Origin: Rhodothermales bacterium
GTDB taxonomy: Bacteria > Bacteroidota > Rhodothermia > Rhodothermales > JAHQVL01
Length of the DNA: 64,000 bases
Direction: 5' to 3'
Assembly: GCA_034439735.1 (NCBI GenBank)
Contig: JAWXAX010000117.1
Coordinates: 2,148 to 66,147, forward strand
A program made the translations under genes and the position numbers. Shown here piece after piece: positions 56,566 to 64,000 of the stretch. Under the pieces are notes generated by a model. It ran no database searches. It saw only the letters and a list, made by a program, of their open reading frames with translations, and was not told where the DNA came from. Numbering within the stretch: position 1 is the stretch's first letter; each line of letters opens with the position of its first letter.

Positions 56566-57888
56566 ATGGATTTGCCTCGTCGCACTCCCCTCTCCGTGCT
56601 CCTGCTCGTGGTGTTGTCGGCCGTCGCCGGCTGTACGCGCGATGCGCCTACCCTCACCGTTGCGACCGTGAACAATGCCGACATGATCATCATGCAGCGG
56701 CTCTCGCCGGCATTCGAGGAGGCTACCGGCATCGAGCTGAACTGGGTCGTGCTCGAGGAAAACCTATTGCGGCAGCGCGTAACGACTGATATCGCCACCG
56801 GAGGCGGCCAGTTTGATGTCGTCACCATCGGCTCCTACGAAACCCCGATCTGGGCGCGCGAGGGTTGGCTCCTGCCGCTCAACGACCTCGGCGATGCCTA
56901 TGATTATGACGATCTGCTCCCCTCCGTCCGCCAGAGTCTTTCGCTGGGCGATACGCTGTTTGCGGTGCCCTTCTACGCCGAAAGCAGCTTCACCTATTAC
57001 CGGACGGACCTCTTCGAGCAGGCCGGCCTGGTCATGCCCGAAGCGCCCACCTATGCTCAGATCGCCGAATTCGCCCGACGCCTCCACGATCCGGCAAACG
57101 GCGTGTATGGGATCTGCCTTCGGGGCAAACCCGGGTGGGGTGAAAACATGGCCTACCTGAGCACCCTCGTCAATGCGTTCGGCGGCCGCTGGTTCGACAT
57201 GAGCTGGCACCCGCAACTGACCTCGCCGGAGTGGCATGCCGCCCTCACGTATTATGTCGACCTCCTGGCCAACTACGGCCCCCCCGGCGCGGCGTCAAAC
57301 GGGCACAACGAAAACCGCGCGCTGTTTGCCGCCGGCAACTGCGCCCTATGGATCGACGCGACTGCCGCCGCCGGCCATCTCTACAACACTGATGACAGCC
57401 GGGTGTCGGACCGCATCGGATTCGCGCGGGCACCCGTGGAAGTAACCGGAAATGGCACGAGCTGGGTGTGGGCCTGGGCGCTGGCGGTGCCGGCCTCCAG
57501 CCGAAATGCCGACGCCTCGCGCCAGTTTGTGCAATGGGCCACCTCGGCTGACTATGTTGCCCTTGTCGGCGATACGGACGGCTGGACCGTGGCGCCTCCC
57601 GGCACACGGCGCTCGACGTACGCCAATCCGGCCTACCTCGCCGCGGCCCCGTTTGCGCCGTTCGTCGAGACCGCCATTCTGTCCGTCGACCCCACCCGGC
57701 CGACGCGCGATCCCGTGCCCTACGTCGGAATTCAGTATGTGGGGATCCCGGAGTTTCAAGGGATCGGGGCGCAGGTGGGCCAGGTCATGGCGGCGGCGCT
57801 TTCAGGCCAGCAGCCAATCGACGAGGCCCTCGAAACCGCCCAGAATATCGCGGAGCGCGCCATGCGAGATGCCGGGTATATCCAGTGA
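56566..57888 (+). CDS. ABC transporter substrate-binding lipoprotein (family 1, sugar/polyol type)
   Basis: Lipobox SAVAGC; 440 aa; typical SBP_bac_1 pattern (FDVVTIGSYETPIWAREGWL, FYAESSFTYYRTDLF). Confidence 0.82.
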   Translation: MDLPRRTPLSVLLLVVLSAVAGCTRDAPTLTVATVNNADMIIMQRLSPAFEEATGIELNWVVLEENLLRQRVTTDIATGGGQFDVVTIGSYETPIWAREGWLLPLNDLGDAYDYDDLLPSVRQSLSLGDTLFAVPFYAESSFTYYRTDLFEQAGLVMPEAPTYAQIAEFARRLHDPANGVYGICLRGKPGWGENMAYLSTLVNAFGGRWFDMSWHPQLTSPEWHAALTYYVDLLANYGPPGAASNGHNENRALFAAGNCALWIDATAAAGHLYNTDDSRVSDRIGFARAPVEVTGNGTSWVWAWALAVPASSRNADASRQFVQWATSADYVALVGDTDGWTVAPPGTRRSTYANPAYLAAAPFAPFVETAILSVDPTRPTRDPVPYVGIQYVGIPEFQGIGAQVGQVMAAALSGQQPIDEALETAQNIAERAMRDAGYIQ

Positions 57889-57901
57889 GACCGTTACGAG
57901 C

Positions 57902-58891
57902 ATGACCCCACCCCCCGCGCCCGTCCACCAACTGGGCGGCCGGCGACTCCCCGCGCCCGACTACCAACCGGGCGGCCGGCGACTCCCCGCGCCCGTCTAC
58001 CAACCGGGCGGCCGGCGACTCCTCGCGCCCGTCTACCAACCGGGCGGCCGGCGACTCCTCGCGCCGGCCATCGCCGCCCTGGCCCTCTGGATGGTCGTGC
58101 CTCTGGCGATGACACTGTGGTTTTCGTTCCAGCGGTACAACCTGCTTACGCCGCAGGTGAGCGGTTTCGCCGGCGCCGCCAACTACACGTCCTTGTTTGC
58201 CGACCCAGCACTGTGGACCTCGATCGCGAACACCGTCGTCCTCGTGGGTAGTGTGCTCCTCCTCTCGATCGTCGCCGGCCTGGTAGTGGCGGCGATATTC
58301 GACGAGCCTTTTTTCGGCCGGCGCACGGCCCGCCTTCTCGTAGTGGCCCCTTTTTTTGTGATGCCCACCGTCGGCGCGCTGATCTGGAAGAATCTGCTCA
58401 TGCACCCCGTGAACGGACTCTTCGCGGCGGCGGCGCGGGGCCTGGGAATGCCGGCGGTTGACTGGTTTACCGACTGGCCGATGGCGTCGATCGTCCTCAT
58501 CGTGGCGTGGCAATGGACCCCCTTCGCAATCCTTATCTTCCTCACGTCAATGCAGTCCATCGACCCCTCGATTCGCGAGGCGGCGCTGCTTGACGGAGCC
58601 GGCTGGCGGGATCAGTTCCGTTACCTGGTGCTGCCGCATGTGCGCCGGGCGATTGGCATCGTCGCGATGGTAGAGGCGATCTTCCTGCTGACCGTCTTTG
58701 CCGAAATCCTCGTCACCACGAGCGGGGGACCTGGCCTCGCCACGACGAACTTGGCGTTTTTTATCTACATCAAGGCGCTCCTGCAGTACGATGTAGGCAT
58801 GGCCTCCGCCGCCGGCGTCATCGCGATCGTGCTCGCCAATGGGATCGCCTTTTTTTTCATGCGCACCGTTTCGCGCACGATCGATGTATGA
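57902..58891 (+). CDS. ABC sugar transporter permease (MalF/UgpA-type) with repeat-expanded N-terminal tail
   Basis: Six TM helices. EAA-loop region IDPSIREAALLDGAGWRDQFRYLVLP. Only in-frame ATG downstream of the SBP stop is 57902; the ORF-track start 57452 overlaps the SBP gene. Confidence 0.8.
   Translation: MTPPPAPVHQLGGRRLPAPDYQPGGRRLPAPVYQPGGRRLLAPVYQPGGRRLLAPAIAALALWMVVPLAMTLWFSFQRYNLLTPQVSGFAGAANYTSLFADPALWTSIANTVVLVGSVLLLSIVAGLVVAAIFDEPFFGRRTARLLVVAPFFVMPTVGALIWKNLLMHPVNGLFAAAARGLGMPAVDWFTDWPMASIVLIVAWQWTPFAILIFLTSMQSIDPSIREAALLDGAGWRDQFRYLVLPHVRRAIGIVAMVEAIFLLTVFAEILVTTSGGPGLATTNLAFFIYIKALLQYDVGMASAAGVIAIVLANGIAFFFMRTVSRTIDV
57917..58060 (+). repeat. 36-bp in-frame tandem repeat x4 inside the permease 5' end
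   Basis: GCGCCCG starts at 57917, 57953, 57989 and 58025. Encodes PAPVHQLGGRRL-PAPDYQPGGRRL-PAPVYQPGGRRL-LAPVYQPGGRRL. Confidence 0.9.
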
Positions 58892-58894
58892 CCT

Positions 58895-59713
58895 ATGAAT
58901 CCGTCGTCGTTTCGCCGTGTGCTGATGACCCTCGCGGGCTGGACCATCGCGCTGGCCTTTTTCCTACCTATCGCTTGGATGGTGCTCGCCAGTTTCAAGA
59001 CGGAAGTGGATGCCATCGCCGCACCCTCGCTCGTTTTTTCGCCCACGATCGAGAACTATGTCGCCGTCCATCAGCGAGCCGACTACGTCCGGGCTGCCGT
59101 AAACAGCCTGTACCTTTCGCTCGGAGGTACGGCCCTGGCGCTGCTGCTTGGGATTCCGGCTGCGTATCGACTTGCGTTTTTTCCAACACGCCATACACGC
59201 ACCGTACTGGTCTGGATGATATCGACACGGATGCTGCCGGCCGCCGGCGTGTTAGTACCGATGTACTTGTTGTTCACCTGGACGCGGCTGATCGACACCC
59301 ACGCCGGCCTGATCGTCGTCTACGCCCTGATGAATGCCCCCATCCTCATATGGCTGCTGTTCAGCTTCTTCCGCGAAATCCCAACCGAGATCCTCGACGC
59401 CGCCCGGATCGACGGCGCATCCGCCCGCGATGAGTTGCGTCATATCCTCCTCCCGCTCGCCTTGCCGGGCATCGCGTCGGCCTCCCTCCTGTCGATCGTG
59501 CTCTGCTGGAACGAGGCGTTCTGGAGCCTGAACCTGACTACCGTGGATGCCGCTCCATTAACCACCTTCATCGCCTCATTTTCCGCCCCCGAAGGCCTCT
59601 TTTGGGCAAAATTGTCCGCCGCCTCGACACTCGCCGTCGCGCCCATCCTGGCCCTGGGCTGGCTGAGCCAGCGCCACCTGGTGCGCGGGCTGACGTTCGG
59701 CGCGGTGAAATAG
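58895..59713 (+). CDS. ABC sugar transporter permease (MalG/UgpE-type)
   Basis: 272 aa, 6 TM helices; EAA loop [27 protein letters not shown]. Confidence 0.85.
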   Translation: MNPSSFRRVLMTLAGWTIALAFFLPIAWMVLASFKTEVDAIAAPSLVFSPTIENYVAVHQRADYVRAAVNSLYLSLGGTALALLLGIPAAYRLAFFPTRHTRTVLVWMISTRMLPAAGVLVPMYLLFTWTRLIDTHAGLIVVYALMNAPILIWLLFSFFREIPTEILDAARIDGASARDELRHILLPLALPGIASASLLSIVLCWNEAFWSLNLTTVDAAPLTTFIASFSAPEGLFWAKLSAASTLAVAPILALGWLSQRHLVRGLTFGAVK

Positions 59714-59726
59714 TCCTGAATGCCCT

Positions 59727-60740
59727 ATGCACGCCATCCTCTTTCCCGCGCCGAAGCAATCCCTGTACGCCGAAGTCAACTACCCGGTCTGTGGCCCCGA
59801 CGAAGTCATTGTTTCCATAGAGATCTCCGGGATCTGCGGCACCGATCTCCACATCTACCGAAACGAATACCTGTCCCGCTTCCCCCTCATCCCCGGCCAT
59901 GAGTTCGGGGGGCGAGTGGTGGAAATCGGGTCGGCGGTGGCCACGGGTGTCCGGGTCGGTGAGCGCGTGGCGGTAGACCCGAACCTCTACTGCGGCCAGT
60001 GCGAATTTTGCCGGACGGAGCGCTCCAACCACTGCGCCAACTGGCAGGGCATCGGCATCACGCGGCCAGGCGGATTTTCCGAATTCGTGGCCGTGCCGGC
60101 GCGGGCCTGTTACCCGGTGCCGGATACGTTTTCGCTGGCGCAGGTGGCCTTCATCGAGCCGCTCGCCTGTGTCTGTTACGGGATGTCGCGGTTGCCGGTG
60201 GCGCCGGCGGACCGCGTGCTAGTGTTCGGCGCCGGCCCGATCGGACTGCTGCTCGTCCAGGCCCTGCGGCATGCCGGGGCGAGCCGGCTCGTGGTGGTCG
60301 ATAAACAAGCGGATCGGCTGGAACTGGCTACACGCCTCGGCGCCACAGCCATACGCCCAACCAATGACAGGTTGGCAGACGAACTTGCCCTGCTTGCTCC
60401 CGGCGGATTCGACATCGTCGTAGACGCGACCGGCTCGCCGGCGGTGATCGAGCGGGCCTTCGCCTACCTCAAACCCCGCGGCCGCTTCCTGATGTTCGGC
60501 GTCGCCCCGAAGGACGCCGAGATCCGCATCCGGCCGTTCGACATCTTCAAAAACGACTGGCAGATCATCGGGAGTTTTGCGTTGTGCTACACCTTTCATC
60601 AGGCGATCGATTGGCTCGACGCTGGCGTGATCGACGTCGCCCCGCTCGTGAGCCACACAGCCCCCCTGCGCGAGTTTGACTCCCTCTTTGATGCGTTCAG
60701 CCGGGGACAGACGATGAAGGTGCATCTCGTGCCCGACTGA
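59727..60740 (+). CDS. Zn-dependent medium-chain dehydrogenase (sorbitol/threonine dehydrogenase-like)
   Basis: [20 protein letters not shown], structural-zinc loop [23 protein letters not shown] Rossmann motif. Confidence 0.82.
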   Translation: MHAILFPAPKQSLYAEVNYPVCGPDEVIVSIEISGICGTDLHIYRNEYLSRFPLIPGHEFGGRVVEIGSAVATGVRVGERVAVDPNLYCGQCEFCRTERSNHCANWQGIGITRPGGFSEFVAVPARACYPVPDTFSLAQVAFIEPLACVCYGMSRLPVAPADRVLVFGAGPIGLLLVQALRHAGASRLVVVDKQADRLELATRLGATAIRPTNDRLADELALLAPGGFDIVVDATGSPAVIERAFAYLKPRGRFLMFGVAPKDAEIRIRPFDIFKNDWQIIGSFALCYTFHQAIDWLDAGVIDVAPLVSHTAPLREFDSLFDAFSRGQTMKVHLVPD

Positions 60741-60768
60741 CCTGGCTCCTTCCACCGAGACCAATCCT

Positions 60769-61737
60769 ATGATCCGTGCCCTGATTCCCGAGCCGCACCA
60801 CATCGAAATCGTCCATCAAGACCTCCCTGTCCCCGGCCCTGGCGAAGCGTTGTTGCGCATCCGAACGGTGGGCATTTGTGGGTCGGACCTGCACACGTTC
60901 GAGGGCAAACACCCATACGTTTCGTATCCGGTGTGGCCCGGCCACGAGGTCTGCGCAGAGGTCGTCTCCGCCGGCGACGCCGCGCTCGTGGGGCGCCGGG
61001 TGGTCATCGAGCCCTCGTTGCCGGGCCAAGGCCGGCCCCGCTTTGAGCCCGGTCGCTACAATATCGCCACCGAGCTGGCCGTGATGGGCTTCCAGGCACC
61101 CGGAGCGATGGCCGAGTATTTCACCTGCCCGACGGATCGTCTCCACCACCTGCCCAATGGGTTTTCGGATGAGATGGGCGCCCTGGTAGAGCCGGCGGCC
61201 GTGGCGGTGCACGGTGTCCGTCGGGCCGGCCACGTTGCCGGGCTCGATGCGGCGGTCGTTGGTGGCGGCACGATCGGTATCCTTACCGCCATGGTGGCCA
61301 CGGCGTACGGGGCGGCGCAGGTCCATCTGATCGAGCCCGATACGGAGCGCCTCGAACAGGCGACACGCATGGGGTTGACCGCCCTCCCATCCTCCGAGCG
61401 GCAACGCTACGATATCGTGTTTGAATGTGTGGGGGTGGAGCCGGCATTGCGGAGCGCCCTGCTGGCGTGCCGCAAAGGAGCGACGCTGGTCGTACTGGGC
61501 GTTTTCGGCGCGGAGGCGTCTGTGCCGTTCGGGTTTGTGCAGGATTGGGAGCTAGACATAAAAGGCTCGCTCATGTACACGGGTGATGACTTCCGGGAGG
61601 CCATCCGTCTACTGGCTGCCGGTCAGTTGAAGATCGATCGGCTGGTGACCCATCGGTTTCCCCTCGTCGAGGTGGAGCGCGCTTTTGCGACGGCACTGCA
61701 GCGGGGCCCCGTGCTTAAGGTGTTGTTGGATGTCTGA
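60769..61737 (+). CDS. Zn-dependent medium-chain dehydrogenase, second paralogue lacking the structural-zinc Cys loop
   Basis: GICGSDLH, GHEVCAEVV, GGGTIGIL. The region equivalent to the CxxCxxC loop reads PSLPGQGRPRFEPGRYN. Confidence 0.78.
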   Translation: MIRALIPEPHHIEIVHQDLPVPGPGEALLRIRTVGICGSDLHTFEGKHPYVSYPVWPGHEVCAEVVSAGDAALVGRRVVIEPSLPGQGRPRFEPGRYNIATELAVMGFQAPGAMAEYFTCPTDRLHHLPNGFSDEMGALVEPAAVAVHGVRRAGHVAGLDAAVVGGGTIGILTAMVATAYGAAQVHLIEPDTERLEQATRMGLTALPSSERQRYDIVFECVGVEPALRSALLACRKGATLVVLGVFGAEASVPFGFVQDWELDIKGSLMYTGDDFREAIRLLAAGQLKIDRLVTHRFPLVEVERAFATALQRGPVLKVLLDV

Positions 61738-61740
61738 TCT

Positions 61741-63870
61741 CTACGCCGCGTAAAAGCGCTCGCCGGACTCCGCCATGGCCACCAGGCGCTTGGCCGGCAT
61801 GAAACGAGCGCCGTACGCCGCGGCGAGCGATTCCATACGCTGCACGACGGACCCCGCCCCGAGTTGGTCGATATACCGAAACGGCCCACCCGTAAACGGG
61901 AGAAAACCGATGCCAAATACGGCCCCGAGGTCGCCATCGATCGGGCGTTCGATGACGCCTTCGTCCAGACAACGGACGGCTTCATTGAGCATGAGGAACA
62001 GAGGTCGGTCCTGCAACACGTCCATCGACATGGGGCGATCGCCCCTTGCTTTAAAAAAGGCATACGCGGTGGCGTCAGCACCGGTGCGCTTACCGCTCCG
62101 GGCATCGTATCGATAAAAACCGCTCCGGTTCTTCTTCCCCAGCCGGCCGGCCTCGAACATCCGGACGACCGCGTGACTCACGATGAAGCCGGCTCGGTCG
62201 CCAAACAGCGCCTCGCTGCTGCGGACCACGTGCGCCGCTACATCCAACCCGACCTCATCAAACAACCGGAGCGGCCCCACCGGAAAGCCCTTCTTGTGCA
62301 GGGCGGTGTCGATGGCAGCGATCGACGCCCCCTCGTCCAGCAGCAGCAAAGCCTCGTTCATGTACGGTGCGAGGACCCGATTCACGTAAAACCCCGGGCG
62401 GTCCCGCACGACAATACACGTCTTCCCCTGCCGCACACCGAGCGCATAACAGGTTGCCAGCACCCAGTCTACCGTATGCCTGGTGCGGACGATCTCCAGC
62501 AGCGGCATCTTGGGCACCGGCGAAAAGTAATGCATGCCAATGACGCATTCCGGCCGGCTCGCCGCATCGGCCATCTCCGTGACCGACAACGACGACGTGT
62601 TGGTGGCGATGATGACGTCCCCACCGGCGGCACGCTGAATCTCGTCGATTACCTGGCGTTTGATGTCCATACGCTCGAGCACAGCCTCGATGGCTACCTG
62701 GACGTGCGCAAAGCCAGCGTAGTCGACCTGCGCTCGGAGCCGGCTCATCGTCGCCTCCGCCTCGGTGCGTGTGATCGCGCGGTAACGGACGCTTTTTTCG
62801 AGTTCAGCCCAGACGGCGCGCTGCGCGGCGGCCAACGGTGCCCCATTGACGTCTTCGAGGATCACATCGAGCCCTTTTGTGACGCTTACTTCGGCGATGC
62901 CGGCGCCCATGAGTCCTGCCCCGATCACCGCGACGGTTTGAATGGGTCGCACCTGATCAGGGTACGGGTTCTTCTTGTTGTCCGTCATGGCAAAAAACAG
63001 GGCCCGCATGGCGCGACTCTCAGGCGTGAGTAAAAGAGGCTCGAAGAGCGCTCGCTCCCGCGCATAGCCGGCCTCTGCGCCGTGACGGATACCGGTCTCG
63101 ACACAATCGATGATTGCTGGCACCGCCGGATAGTTGCCTTGCGATTCTCTCAACGCCCGCTTTTTCGCCTCACGAAATAACAGCGCACGTCCCACGGGAT
63201 TGGTTTCAAGCAGCCATTCGAGAAACGAGCGACGGCGGGGCGGCCTCCGTTCGCTTGCGGCGAGCCGGCGCGCCATGAGCACCGCGGCATGATGCAGCTT
63301 TGAATGATCGACCAGATCGTCCACCAGCCCCATGCTTCGGGCCTGGTACGGGTAGATCGTGCGTCCGGTCAGCATCATATCGAGCGCGCGCTGGATGCCG
63401 ATCAAGCGGGGTAATCGCTGGGTGCCGCCGCCGCCGGGGAGTAGGCCGAGGCGTACTTCGGGCAGGGCCAGGCGTGTCGAGGGGTCGTTCGAGGCAATAC
63501 GCCCATGGCAGGCCAATGCCAGTTCAGTCCCGAGGCCCATACACGCGCCATGGATCGCGGCGACGCAGGGTTTTCGGCTGTGTTCGAGACGCGTGAGCGC
63601 CTCGTGACCGCGAGCCTGGATGGGGGTAAACTCACCGGGCCCGGAGATATCGAACGCCTTGATGTCCGCGCCGGCGATGAAGTTGTCTTTTCGGCTGATC
63701 AAGACGAGCGCCTGGACATCCGGGTCGTTCTGCACGGCATCGAATACCGCCCCGAGCACCTCGATCACGGCTGGCGAGACGACGTTCTGGGGTTCGAGCC
63801 GATGGTCGATCCAGAGGGTGGCGACGCCATCTTGTTTTTCGACGGTGATGAAGTCCTCGATCTGCATCAT
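61741..63870 (-). CDS. fadB: Fatty-acid oxidation multifunctional protein (enoyl-CoA hydratase + 3-hydroxyacyl-CoA dehydrogenase)
   Basis: 709 aa. N-terminal crotonase FIAGADIK...GGGTQRLPRLIG; central VAVIGAGLMGAGIA NAD motif. Confidence 0.9.
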   Translation of the reverse strand: MMQIEDFITVEKQDGVATLWIDHRLEPQNVVSPAVIEVLGAVFDAVQNDPDVQALVLISRKDNFIAGADIKAFDISGPGEFTPIQARGHEALTRLEHSRKPCVAAIHGACMGLGTELALACHGRIASNDPSTRLALPEVRLGLLPGGGGTQRLPRLIGIQRALDMMLTGRTIYPYQARSMGLVDDLVDHSKLHHAAVLMARRLAASERRPPRRRSFLEWLLETNPVGRALLFREAKKRALRESQGNYPAVPAIIDCVETGIRHGAEAGYARERALFEPLLLTPESRAMRALFFAMTDNKKNPYPDQVRPIQTVAVIGAGLMGAGIAEVSVTKGLDVILEDVNGAPLAAAQRAVWAELEKSVRYRAITRTEAEATMSRLRAQVDYAGFAHVQVAIEAVLERMDIKRQVIDEIQRAAGGDVIIATNTSSLSVTEMADAASRPECVIGMHYFSPVPKMPLLEIVRTRHTVDWVLATCYALGVRQGKTCIVVRDRPGFYVNRVLAPYMNEALLLLDEGASIAAIDTALHKKGFPVGPLRLFDEVGLDVAAHVVRSSEALFGDRAGFIVSHAVVRMFEAGRLGKKNRSGFYRYDARSGKRTGADATAYAFFKARGDRPMSMDVLQDRPLFLMLNEAVRCLDEGVIERPIDGDLGAVFGIGFLPFTGGPFRYIDQLGAGSVVQRMESLAAAYGARFMPAKRLVAMAESGERFYAA

Positions 63871-63883
63871 GTCTCCCGTAGCG

Positions 63884-64000
63884 TCAGGAATCGTATCGTT
63901 TTATCAGCATGGCGTGCCCGTGGGCGCCGGCCGCGCAAGCGGCGAGTAGCCCGTACGTGCCGCCCACGTGCTGAAGCCGGTTGGCCGTCGTCGTCAGCAG
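63884..64000 (-). CDS. fadA: Acetyl-CoA C-acyltransferase (thiolase), C-terminal fragment cut by the window edge
   Basis: Minus-strand translation ...HVGGTYGLLAACAAGAHGHAMLIKRYDS* shows the thiolase C-terminal Cys-Gly-rich active-site region. Stop at 63884-63886, 13 nt upstream of the fadB start. Confidence 0.7.
   Translation of the reverse strand: MLTTTANRLQHVGGTYGLLAACAAGAHGHAMLIKRYDS

Noticed and set aside
57452-57901. ORF-track N-terminal extension of the permease (start 57452)
   Set aside because: It overlaps about 440 nt of the well-supported substrate-binding protein gene in another frame. ATG 57902, just after that gene's stop, gives a normal permease N-terminus.

Overview
High-GC (about 60-65 % by eye), gene-dense chromosomal segment with about 55 credible protein genes. 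I found no rRNA or tRNA genes and no CRISPR array. Several features suggest a Rhodothermota/Bacteroidota-type bacterium: type IX secretion (T9SS) sorting tails beginning FPNPF, a Rhodothermus/Salinibacter-like GroEL, a FliS homologue, usable Shine-Dalgarno sites and many lipoproteins. This taxonomic placement is inference only. Gene order, left to right: secG, a Nudix hydrolase, rsmE, a BamA-family outer-membrane protein, mutY, a T9SS-secreted S8 protease and small membrane proteins. Then CIRCE-controlled groES-groEL, a hotdog thioesterase and a lipoprotein sulfatase. Then an envelope cluster (DUF4332, mscL, an HhH membrane protein translationally coupled to a BON/OmpA protein, and a beta-barrel outer-membrane protein). 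Then glpK-glpF, an acyl-CoA ligase, a lower-GC DUF2513 islet, a formyltransferase paralogue, osmC-metZ, an SSS transporter and a galactokinase-like kinase. Then an isolated unit of sigma28-type promoter, unknown ORF and fliS, followed by a ~600-bp non-coding patch packed with MITE/REP-like palindromes and a 39-bp minisatellite. Then creatininase, an SDR, fxsA, an FkbM methyltransferase, two tandem paralogous S8 lipoprotein proteases, and a 1531-aa propeller/YYY sensor with a kinase-receiver-kinase output. Then a BlaI/BlaR1-like pair with twin operators and a repeat-built C-terminal domain, an unrecognisable three-gene membrane/CARDB cassette, and hmgA-fahA. Then a cohesin/dockerin/T9SS gene pair, an acyl-CoA dehydrogenase, a polyol-type ABC transporter locus with two Zn-dehydrogenases, and fadB-fadA (fadA partial). 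The best candidates for something new are the three-gene cassette at 46093-48601 and the cohesin-dockerin pair at 51430-55161. Secondary signals are a family of REP-like hairpins, CT-rich tracts abutting start codons, short-period intergenic repeats, and an in-frame 36-bp repeat in an ABC permease. All calls rest on reading the translated ORFs and the DNA by eye. No database search, HMM scan or folding was possible, and domain boundaries are approximate.
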